Part shown: positions 1 through 7,504 of the stretch, in pieces | How positions within the stretch are numbered: position 1 is the stretch's first letter | How the letters are laid out: every line of letters starts with the position of its first letter | Source of the DNA: Sulfurimonadaceae bacterium | GTDB taxonomy: Bacteria; Campylobacterota; Campylobacteria; Campylobacterales; Sulfurimonadaceae | Direction: 5' to 3' | Assembly: GCA_041562555.1 (NCBI GenBank) | Contig: JBFEXS010000070.1 | Coordinates: 1-11,785 of the forward strand | DNA length: 11,785 bases | Notes under the pieces: model-generated | The model's database searches: none | Seen by the model: the letters and a program-made list of their open reading frames with translations, nothing else | What the model was told of the DNA's origin: nothing | Position numbers and translations under genes: made by a program

Positions 1-1
1 C

Positions 2-508
2 TTTAGACCAATCACCGGTATCGCAAAGATCATAGATAGCCATTTCCAGAAGGCTACTATTCATTCTTCGGGTACAGTGGCAGAGTATTATTTAAATGTG
101 GTGTCCCAATCGGGAAAAATCGCATGGAATCCAGGTAGTACAGGTAAATACAGCTTTGTACATACGATTGAGGATGCACTACACGGTATGGAGTCGGTGG
201 TCAATGATAATGATTATTTGGATGTTCATGCTTGGTGTTTTGTCCCTCACTCTTTCAGGTTGATTGTTCACGACCTTTTTTGTCTTGGGCTTATCCCTTT
301 TCAAGAGGTGGATTTTTATTCAACGGATGGACACGAGTTTTATATTACGTTAGGAAGAAGAGGACAAGGGATTACAGAATCAAGGTTGGAATTGCTTGAA
401 ACTATCGAGTCGGAAATAAAGAATAAAATAGGTATCAAGGAACGATTTTCTGTGGCGATCTCTAGGAGTATACACATTTTCAGACGTATAAGAAGGTACA
501 TTAAGTGA
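2..508 (+). CDS. 5'-truncated CDS; probable C-terminal half of a class I SAM-dependent methyltransferase-domain protein
   Basis: The frame of ORF 77..508 stays open back to position 2 (FRPITGIAKIIDSHFQKATIHSSGTVAEYY...), so GTG 77 is probably internal and the gene starts upstream of the window. Stop is TGA 506-508. The segments FRP, YLDVHAWCFVPHSF and EFYITL resemble, from recall, the C-terminal region of methyltransferase-domain proteins in surface-glycan loci. The SAM-binding motif itself is not in the window. Confidence 0.6.
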   Translation, partial: FRPITGIAKIIDSHFQKATIHSSGTVAEYYLNVVSQSGKIAWNPGSTGKYSFVHTIEDALHGMESVVNDNDYLDVHAWCFVPHSFRLIVHDLFCLGLIPFQEVDFYSTDGHEFYITLGRRGQGITESRLELLETIESEIKNKIGIKERFSVAISRSIHIFRRIRRYIK

Positions 509-622
509 CTGAAGTATGTGACTTTGGAAAGTTGTTGATCGTGAACTGTCAAAGAAGGTAATGATCAGTACCAGTGGTTTAGTTGATGGGCGTAAACCTG
601 TGGAAATATTTTTTATAGACAC
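380..622 (-). CDS. Possible small ORF (80 aa) or gene remnant of unknown function
   Basis: GTG start is preceded by TATAGGAGAAAGT (strong SD) and a sigma54-like promoter. Its last 129 nt overlap the methyltransferase-like gene in antisense, and I recognise no homology. Confidence 0.25.
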   Translation of the reverse strand: MSIKNISTGLRPSTKPLVLIITFFDSSRSTTFQSHILQSLNVPSYTSENVYTPRDRHRKSFLDTYFILYFRLDSFKQFQP

Positions 623-656
623 ACTTTCTCCTATAAAGATTTAAATCCTTTTTTTT

Positions 657-675
657 CTGCAAAACATAATCCAAA
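657..675 (-). promoter_or_regulatory. Candidate sigma54 (RpoN) -24/-12 promoter
   Basis: Minus strand reads TTTGG-ATTATGTTTT-GCAG. GG (672-671) and GC (660-659) are separated by exactly 10 nt in a TGG...TTGCA context. Downstream lie AGGAG (633-629 area) and GTG at 622. Confidence 0.4.
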
Positions 676-692
676 ATTTAGCCTTCTTGACT

Positions 693-720
693 TATAATCC
701 TTGTAAATAATAAAGCAGGT
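693..720 (+). promoter_or_regulatory. sigma70-type -10 box and RBS of dnaE
   Basis: TATAAT at 693-698 with A/T tracts upstream; AGG at 717-719, 8 nt before ATG 728. Confidence 0.6.
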
Positions 721-727
721 TTTTACT

Positions 728-3700
728 ATGTCAGTACAGCAATTTACCCACTTACACCTACACACGGAATACTCCCTTCTAGACGGGGCAAACAAGATCA
801 CTAATCTGGTTGAAGAGGTAAAAAAGCTTGGCATGGATTCTGTTGCCATGACCGATCATGGAAACATGTTCGGAGCGATCGATTTTTACAAGCAGATGAA
901 AGATGCTGACATCAAACCGATCATTGGGATGGAAGGCTATATCCATAACGGTGAGACATTGGATGATCGCAGTACAAAACAGCGTTTTCATGTCTGTCTT
1001 TTTGCGAAGAACAAGATCGGATACGAAAACCTGATGTACCTCTCATCCAAGGCATATATTGACGGATTCTATTACTTCCCGCGTATCAACAAAAAAGAGC
1101 TGCGTGAGCACTCTGAGGGGATTATCTGTACCTCTGCCTGTCTGCAGGGTGAGGTAAACTGGCACCTCAATCTGGCCAATGAACGTAATGTGCGTAACGG
1201 AGCAGGGGGATACGAGGGTGCAAAGGCCGTGGCCCTTGAGTATAAGGAGATCTTCGGTGATGATTTCTATCTGGAGATCATGCGTCACGGTATCGGGGAT
1301 CAGCTTTTTATCGATGAGCAGCTTCTTCAGCTTTCCGTCGAGACAGGGATCAAGATCGTCGCTACCAACGATACCCATTACACTTATCCTGATGATGCTC
1401 AGTATCATGAGGCCTTCATGTGTATCGGGATGAATAAACTCTATGACGATCCCAACCGTATGCGTCACTCGGTGCACGAGTTCTATCTCAAATCACCGGA
1501 GCAGATGGCCCGCCTGTTTGCCGATATTCCGGAAGCGATTTCCAATACCCAGGAGATCACCAACAAGATCGAAGACTTTGTGCCGATTGTCAAGGAGCCT
1601 ATCCCGCCTAACTTCAAGTTTACTCCCGAGTATGCGAAAGAGGAGGGGCTGGATATCAATCATGAAGATGATGCACCTCTGGCTGAGGATGCGACGGATG
1701 AGGCACGTAAAAAATGGCTGGCAGCAGCGGATAAGAATGATGCAGAATATTTTATCCACCGCTGTGAGGTCGGTCTGAAAAACCGTCTGATCCATGTTCC
1801 TGAAGAACGCCATGAGGAGTATTGGGAACGCCTGAGATATGAGATGGATATCATCAACTCCATGAAGTTCCCGGGATATATGCTGATAGTCTGGGACTTT
1901 GTGAAGGTAGCCAAGGAGATGGGTATCGCTGTCGGACCTGGACGTGGATCGGCAGCTGGTTCTCTGGTCGCCTATGCCCTTGATATTACCGATATCGATC
2001 CGATGAAGTATGACCTTCTGTTTGAGCGTTTCTTGAATCCAGAGCGTGTATCGATGCCCGATATCGATATGGACTTCATGCAGGCACGCCGCGGTGAGAT
2101 CATTGACTATGTTGTGCAAAAGTATGGACGTGATCAGGTCGCCCAGATCATCACCTTCGGTTCCCTGCTTGCCAAAGGGGTCATCCGTGACGTATCGCGC
2201 GTCTTGGACGTTCCCTTGTCTCAGGCAGACAAGATGGCAAAACTGATCCCTGATGAGCTGGGTATCACACTCAACGGGAAGATGAAAAACGGTGAGTTAA
2301 AGCCGGGTGCTTACCAAAAAGAGCCTAAGTTGCAGGAGTTGGTAGAGACCGATCCGACGGCAGCGCGTGTCTGGGAGTTTTCCAAACGGCTTGAAGGGCT
2401 TAAACGAAATGCCGGGATGCACGCTGCGGGGGTTGTTATCTCTAACAGGGAGTTATGGTATAAAACACCGATCTACAAACCCTCGGGTGAGGATACCTTT
2501 GTCACCCAATATTCACTGAACTACCTTGAAGATGTCGATCTGATCAAGTTTGACTTCCTTGGACTGAAGACACTGGACGTGATCGATGCGGCGATCAAAC
2601 TGGTCAAACGCCGTTATGATGTGGATGTGGACTGGAACGCGATCGATGAGAATGACCCGAAAGTCTATTCGGTGATCCAGACAGGTGAGACGGTAGGTAT
2701 GTTCCAGATAGAGAGTTCGGGTATGCAGGATTTGAACAAACGTTTGAAACCTTCGAACTTCGAAGACCTGATCGCGGTCCTGGCCCTGTATCGTCCGGGG
2801 CCGATGGAATCAGGGATGCTGGATGACTTCATCGAGCGTAAACACGGACGTAAGAAGGTCTATTATCCGTTCGAAGAGGTCAGCTTTGATCTGCTTAAGG
2901 ACACCTTGGAGCCAACCTACGGGATGATCGTCTATCAAGAACAGGTCATGCAGATCGTTCAGTATATCGGTGGTATGAGTCTGGGTGGTGCGGATATCGT
3001 ACGTCGTGCCATGGGTAAGAAGAAAGTAGATGAGATGGAGAAGTATAACCGTCTTTTCTCTGAAGGCGCGCAGAAGCTGGGTCTGGATTATAACAAGGCG
3101 TCAGAACTTTTTAAACTGATCGAGAAGTTTGCGGGTTACGGGTTTAATAAATCCCACTCGGCAGCCTATGCGATGGTCACCTTTCAAACGGCATGGCTGA
3201 AGACCTATTATCCGCAGGAGTTCATGGCAGCCCTGTTGACCTCTGAGAAGGATAATACGGAGAAGATCGTCAAGTATATCGATGAGGTCAAGCGCATGGG
3301 TATCGAGCTTTCTCCGCCGGATATCAATTTCTCCCAATTGGAGTTCTCCGCAACCAAGAAAGATGATCAGGATGTGATCCTCTTTGGTCTGGGAGCCATC
3401 AAGGGTGTAGGGGAGTCAGCGGTACAGTCGATCCTGGAAGTACGCGAAGAACGTCCTTTTGATGATATGAAAGACTTCGTCAACCGTATCGAACCGGCAA
3501 AGGTGAACAAGCGGGTACTGGAGTCTGTGACGAAGTCCGGTGGTTTTGATCAGTTTGAGTTTTCCCGACGTGCGATTCTGGAACAGATCGAGACGATCAT
3601 CCAGACAGCCAAAGATGCCTCTTCCGCGCGCAAGAATGCCGTCGGAAGTCTGTTTGGAGATGATGCGGATATCACAGAGGTCGATCTGAAGCTGACCAAT

Positions 3701-4354
3701 GCGCCGGAGTTTGAGCTCAAGCAGATCCTGGAGTTTGAAAAAGACACCCTTGGCTTTTATGTCTCGGGGCATCCTCTGGATGATTACAGGGGAGAGATCG
3801 ACCAGATAAAGTACACGCTCTCATCGGATATTGAAAACATTGCCGACGGTTCAACGGCGATCTTCATCGGTAAGGTCGAAGAGATACAAAAAAAGGTCTC
3901 CAAAAAGGGAAATACCTTTGGTATATTGCGTCTGATGGACTTTCACGGGGATATCGAGATGATGCTTTTCTCGGATAAACTTGACCAGTTGGAGTCGATG
4001 GACCTGGATGAACCGATCGCCTTTAAAGTGAAGGTAACGCAGCATCATGATTTTGGCGCGCGTATATCTGTCTTGAAGATCTTTACGCTTAAAGAGGTGA
4101 AGAAAGAGGCGAAGAAGGTACAGACCAAGATACGCGAGATCCCTCAGGAACCATTGATCGTGACAGTTCGCCTCTCCCGTGACCTTGCCCGTCTGGAAGA
4201 ACTCTATCGTCTGATCCGCCAAAACCCGGGAACCCGGGAGCTTAAACTCTGTATCACTTCCAAGCTGCAAAATGTGGTCCTGGATTCGGCGATCCGTGTA
4301 GACAACAAGATCATCCCTGAACTTGAAAAACTGATCGATGTCAATGTCGCCTGA
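728..4354 (+). CDS. dnaE: DNA polymerase III subunit alpha
   Basis: 1208 aa. PHP motifs HLHLHTEYSLLDG, TDHGNMFG and TNDTHY. Polymerase motifs GPGRGSAAGS, FERFLNPER, PDIDMDF, HAAGVVI, KFDFLGL and YGFNKSH. HhH region FGLGAIKGVG, then LGFYVSGHPL and a C-terminal OB-fold region. Normal length, no intein. Confidence 0.99.
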   Translation: MSVQQFTHLHLHTEYSLLDGANKITNLVEEVKKLGMDSVAMTDHGNMFGAIDFYKQMKDADIKPIIGMEGYIHNGETLDDRSTKQRFHVCLFAKNKIGYENLMYLSSKAYIDGFYYFPRINKKELREHSEGIICTSACLQGEVNWHLNLANERNVRNGAGGYEGAKAVALEYKEIFGDDFYLEIMRHGIGDQLFIDEQLLQLSVETGIKIVATNDTHYTYPDDAQYHEAFMCIGMNKLYDDPNRMRHSVHEFYLKSPEQMARLFADIPEAISNTQEITNKIEDFVPIVKEPIPPNFKFTPEYAKEEGLDINHEDDAPLAEDATDEARKKWLAAADKNDAEYFIHRCEVGLKNRLIHVPEERHEEYWERLRYEMDIINSMKFPGYMLIVWDFVKVAKEMGIAVGPGRGSAAGSLVAYALDITDIDPMKYDLLFERFLNPERVSMPDIDMDFMQARRGEIIDYVVQKYGRDQVAQIITFGSLLAKGVIRDVSRVLDVPLSQADKMAKLIPDELGITLNGKMKNGELKPGAYQKEPKLQELVETDPTAARVWEFSKRLEGLKRNAGMHAAGVVISNRELWYKTPIYKPSGEDTFVTQYSLNYLEDVDLIKFDFLGLKTLDVIDAAIKLVKRRYDVDVDWNAIDENDPKVYSVIQTGETVGMFQIESSGMQDLNKRLKPSNFEDLIAVLALYRPGPMESGMLDDFIERKHGRKKVYYPFEEVSFDLLKDTLEPTYGMIVYQEQVMQIVQYIGGMSLGGADIVRRAMGKKKVDEMEKYNRLFSEGAQKLGLDYNKASELFKLIEKFAGYGFNKSHSAAYAMVTFQTAWLKTYYPQEFMAALLTSEKDNTEKIVKYIDEVKRMGIELSPPDINFSQLEFSATKKDDQDVILFGLGAIKGVGESAVQSILEVREERPFDDMKDFVNRIEPAKVNKRVLESVTKSGGFDQFEFSRRAILEQIETIIQTAKDASSARKNAVGSLFGDDADITEVDLKLTNAPEFELKQILEFEKDTLGFYVSGHPLDDYRGEIDQIKYTLSSDIENIADGSTAIFIGKVEEIQKKVSKKGNTFGILRLMDFHGDIEMMLFSDKLDQLESMDLDEPIAFKVKVTQHHDFGARISVLKIFTLKEVKKEAKKVQTKIREIPQEPLIVTVRLSRDLARLEELYRLIRQNPGTRELKLCITSKLQNVVLDSAIRVDNKIIPELEKLIDVNVA

Positions 4355-4823
4355 GATCATCATCGCCGTTCTTGCCCGTCTTAATGCACTTTTAGAGGGA
4401 AAGCATAGGGAGTATCAAAGAAAGTTGAAGAAGTTTAAACAACTTCAGATGATGCTGGCAGTGCTTTCCGTATCGATATCCTTTGTACTCTTTATCATCT
4501 ATCATGCGCCGTTTGCGCAGATGCTCTTTATCTTGATTGCCTTCAATGCACTGTTTTACATCGGCTTTAAACCCAGAAGCCATTATGATGAATCCAGTGT
4601 CAAAGAGATGATGCAACAGGTTGTCTCTTTGCAAGTCAGACTTAAAAAGTTTCTCGCCGGTGAAGAGGTCAGTTTTGATGGGGTGAGATGTTCGCAAGAT
4701 GAAGGTTGGATCAGTGATAAATGGGGTCTATACAAAGAGGATGAACGTATTGACTATGGGGAGTTCTTGTATGATGACAAGGTCAAAGGCCTCTATCTCG
4801 AAGCATTGAGAAATAAAAAGTAA
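4338..4823 (+). CDS. Hypothetical membrane protein (2 predicted TM helices)
   Basis: 161-aa ORF fills the gap between dnaE and the ankyrin gene. The start is ATG 4338 or ATG 4344, both overlapping the dnaE 3' end. Two hydrophobic runs (MMLAVLSVSISFVLFIIY; FAQMLFILIAFNALFYIGF) follow a Lys/Arg-rich helix. Confidence 0.8.
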   Translation: MSMSPEIIIAVLARLNALLEGKHREYQRKLKKFKQLQMMLAVLSVSISFVLFIIYHAPFAQMLFILIAFNALFYIGFKPRSHYDESSVKEMMQQVVSLQVRLKKFLAGEEVSFDGVRCSQDEGWISDKWGLYKEDERIDYGEFLYDDKVKGLYLEALRNKK

Positions 4824-4834
4824 ATCGTGCCTAG

Positions 4835-4866
4835 GTTATAATAGGAGATACGCTTGAAGGAGGGAG
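4835..4866 (+). promoter_or_regulatory. sigma70-type extended -10 and RBS of the ankyrin gene
   Basis: GnTATAAT (G 4835, TATAAT 4837-4842); AAGGAGGGAG at 4857-4866 before ATG 4874. Confidence 0.65.
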
Positions 4867-4873
4867 ACATAAG

Positions 4874-5476
4874 ATGGTGATCAGAATCTTATTTGCCATA
4901 CTTGTTTTCCTCAGCCCCCTGTATTCCACACCCTTGCATAAAGCTGTCAAAGAGGTGAATGAGACAAAGGTCATGAAGTTTCTTGAGGAGGGATTGGATG
5001 TCAATGCCCTTGATACCCATGGTAAGACACCTCTGCATTATGCGGCTTCAATCGGCCGTTTCAGTATAGTCAAGAAGCTGGTAGAAAACGGGGCTAACCC
5101 GCATATCAAAGACCAGTCCCATAAAACACCCTTGGTCTATGCAATCGAAAAAAACCGTATTAAAGTGATCATATACCTTAGTCAGGTCGCAAACCAGACA
5201 GCTTTGCAGGAGGATGACCCTTTTTTCACCGCAGCAAAAGAGGGAGATATCGATCTGCTCTCTTATCACCTTGCCCGTCGTGATATCAACAGTGTCAATC
5301 AGGACGGGAAGACAGCCTTGCATATTGCCAGTGAGGAGGGAAAGCTGGAGATTGTCAGTTTTTTACTCAACCTGGGCGCATCCAAAGATCTTCTGGACCA
5401 TGATGGCCGAACGGCATTAAATTATGCTAAACTCTCAGGAAATAAAGCGCTTATAGAATTACTGAGCAGACCATAG
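4874..5476 (+). CDS. Ankyrin-repeat protein with N-terminal signal peptide
   Basis: Six ankyrin-like units start at T19 (TPLHKA), T52 (TPLHYA), T85 (TPLVYA), about D115 (DPFFTA), T147 (TALHIA) and T180 (TALNYA), with 33-aa spacing within each triplet. Hydrophobic N-terminus MVIRILFAILVFLSPLYS. Confidence 0.95.
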   Translation: MVIRILFAILVFLSPLYSTPLHKAVKEVNETKVMKFLEEGLDVNALDTHGKTPLHYAASIGRFSIVKKLVENGANPHIKDQSHKTPLVYAIEKNRIKVIIYLSQVANQTALQEDDPFFTAAKEGDIDLLSYHLARRDINSVNQDGKTALHIASEEGKLEIVSFLLNLGASKDLLDHDGRTALNYAKLSGNKALIELLSRP

Positions 5477-5486
5477 GTATATTTTG

Positions 5487-6743
5487 ATGACACAAACCGA
5501 TTTCAATACAGAACTTTTGACGTTTCTTCAATCTTCTCCAACGCCTTTTCATGCAACGGCTGAACTGGCAAGAAGCTTAGAAGAAGCAGGATTTGAAAGA
5601 CTTGACGAGTCCCAGTCTTGGGATCTTAAAAAAACGCATAAGTATTATGTCACCCGAAATGATTCTTCTCTGATCGCGTTTGTCTATGGAGAAGAGGAAT
5701 TGAGTGAGACGGGTATCGCAATGGTCGGTGCCCACACCGACAGTCCCTGTCTGAAGCTCAAACCCAATACGATCATTCATAAAAAGGGCTATATTCAACT
5801 TGGTGTAGAAGTATATGGGGGTGCCTTACTGAACCCATGGTTTGATCGAGACCTCTCTTTGGCGGGGCGGGTCAGTGGTCTGAACAGTGCTGGTGAACTG
5901 GTACACCCTCTGATCGACTTTAAACGACCGATCGCTGTTATCCCTTCACTTGCGATCCATCTGGATATCGATGCAAACAAGGAAAGGTCGATCAATGCAC
6001 AGACGGATATACCGCCGATCATGATGCGCAGTGACGAGATGATCTCTTTTGAGGAGATACTGATGAAAGAGAGCGGTCTGAAAGAGATACTTGATTTCGA
6101 ACTGGTGTTTTATGATACCCAGGCCCCTGCCTTTATCGGGCTTAACCGGGAGTTCCTGGCTTCTGCAAGGTTAGACAACCTTTTATCCTGCTATGTAGGG
6201 CTACAGGCCATCAAAACTGCTTCTGCCAAAAAAAGTGCGCTTTTGATATGTTCGGACCATGAAGAGGTGGGCAGTGAGTCCACCTCCGGAGCTGCCGGTC
6301 CGTTTTTACAGATGGTACTGCAGCGTATCAACAAAGAACACGAGTCCTATTCTCGCATGGTGAATGCATCGATGATGATCTCCGCAGACAATGCACATGG
6401 GATCCATCCGAACTTTACATCAAAACATGATGAGAACCACGGCCCTTTGCTTAATCATGGCCCGGTGATCAAGGTCAATGCAAACCAGCGTTATGCCAGC
6501 AATTCACAGACGGTATCCGCCTTTAAACTGTTATGTAAAGGTGCGGATGTGCCTTATCAGAGTTTTGTCACCCGAACGGATATGGGATGCGGTTCTACGA
6601 TCGGACCGATCACCGCGACCAAGATCGGTATCAAAACACTGGATGTGGGATTACCGACCTTTGCCATGCATTCGATCCGTGAAACGGCAGGGGATAAGGA
6701 CGCCTATATGCTCTATACGGTACTCAAAACGTATTTCTCCTAG
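5487..6743 (+). CDS. apeB: M18 family aminopeptidase (aspartyl aminopeptidase, ApeB-like)
   Basis: Family motifs SPTPFHA, GAHTDSP, VEVYGG, WFDRDLSLAGRV, RLDNL, DHEEVGS, SADNAHG.HPN, GCGSTIGP and AMHSIRE. Start is ATG 5487 or the preceding TTG 5484. Confidence 0.95.
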   Translation: MTQTDFNTELLTFLQSSPTPFHATAELARSLEEAGFERLDESQSWDLKKTHKYYVTRNDSSLIAFVYGEEELSETGIAMVGAHTDSPCLKLKPNTIIHKKGYIQLGVEVYGGALLNPWFDRDLSLAGRVSGLNSAGELVHPLIDFKRPIAVIPSLAIHLDIDANKERSINAQTDIPPIMMRSDEMISFEEILMKESGLKEILDFELVFYDTQAPAFIGLNREFLASARLDNLLSCYVGLQAIKTASAKKSALLICSDHEEVGSESTSGAAGPFLQMVLQRINKEHESYSRMVNASMMISADNAHGIHPNFTSKHDENHGPLLNHGPVIKVNANQRYASNSQTVSAFKLLCKGADVPYQSFVTRTDMGCGSTIGPITATKIGIKTLDVGLPTFAMHSIRETAGDKDAYMLYTVLKTYFS

Positions 6744-7477
6744 TAGAGCCTTTCATCCAACCATTTGGTCCTGAGTCCACTTGTGGATTCATTGCCGATA
6801 ATAAAGGTCGGATATCCTGTCCCCTTGTATCTCTTCATGAGTTCACGGCCTTTTTGGGATTTTTCGGCATCATACTCTGTATAGACAATACCCTTCTCAC
6901 GAAGATATTGTTTTGCATACCTACATTGTCTACACCAGGTCGTAGACAGCAGGATAAGAGGGTTTTGACGGTAAGCCATATTCTGTGTTGATATATCTAT
7001 ACCATACTGCTTTTCATAGCCTTTATCCATTTGTATCCGTTTATTAAGATAGGCCGATTCCCCATATTGCTTATGGCTAAGATAGTATTGCATAGTAGAC
7101 GATTCAAAACTCCGTTGTTCATACAGGGCATCGATACCTGCGTCTGATATGCCAAGGAAACGTGCATAATCATCAGTTTTTATGGCATTATGAAGTTCCT
7201 GCTTGAGCACCGTGATTATGTTGTCATAGGCTTGATTGAGTGAACGTAATGCTTTGAAATATGCCTGTTTATTCCCACTTTCGTAGAGTTTAAGGGCATC
7301 TGTTTTATCGATATGATAGCTTTCAAGAAGATGTGAGTAATTAGGGCTCTGCGGGAGCTTGGAAAAGAGTTTATCGGCTTTGTAAAGAGGTGTCCCTAAC
7401 TGAGAAAACAGTTCTGGATAAGTGGTGCCGGCATGGAGGCTTAGGGTTATTAATAGAGTGAATATAATGGATTTCAT
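6740..7477 (-). CDS. Exported protein: helical N-terminal domain + C-terminal glutaredoxin/NrdH-like CxxC domain
   Basis: Signal peptide MKSIIFTLLITLSLHA. The C-terminal ~75 aa carry TTWCRQC (C182/C185), AKQYLREKGIVYTEYDAE and GYPTFIIG (cis-Pro position). RBS AAGGAAGG upstream. Confidence 0.85.
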   Translation of the reverse strand: MKSIIFTLLITLSLHAGTTYPELFSQLGTPLYKADKLFSKLPQSPNYSHLLESYHIDKTDALKLYESGNKQAYFKALRSLNQAYDNIITVLKQELHNAIKTDDYARFLGISDAGIDALYEQRSFESSTMQYYLSHKQYGESAYLNKRIQMDKGYEKQYGIDISTQNMAYRQNPLILLSTTWCRQCRYAKQYLREKGIVYTEYDAEKSQKGRELMKRYKGTGYPTFIIGNESTSGLRTKWLDERLY

Positions 7478-7504
7478 CGACTTCCTTCCTTAAATGAAGG
7501 TGTG

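Noticed and set aside
590..622. SIKNISTGLR on the minus strand resembles the flagellin N-terminal S(S/T)GLR motif
   Set aside because: The match is too short, and the flanking flagellin residues (IN.N before, IN.AADD after) are absent.
612..656. Intrinsic terminator for the methyltransferase-like gene (weak stems followed by T8 at 649-656)
   Set aside because: The stems are AT-rich or interrupted, and the 7-bp stem is not adjacent to the T-tract; too weak to call.
2270..2325. Short insert NGKMKNGELKPG in DnaE
   Set aside because: From recall a similar hairpin exists in Helicobacter DnaE, so it is likely a lineage feature rather than a novelty.
728..4354. Intein or split dnaE
   Set aside because: Length is normal, conserved blocks are contiguous, and there is no LAGLIDADG or C...HN splice pattern.
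779..4363. Long antisense and alternate-frame ORFs inside dnaE (e.g. 1493..2119, 1043..1477, 3851..4363)
   Set aside because: They are typical shadow ORFs produced by biased codon usage of a strongly conserved gene, with no motifs or convincing translation signals.
7484..7500. CCTTC/GAAGG hairpin that could occlude the RBS of the glutaredoxin-like gene
   Set aside because: It is only 5 bp, and the predicted TSS (about 7498-7499) falls within one arm, so it probably cannot form fully.
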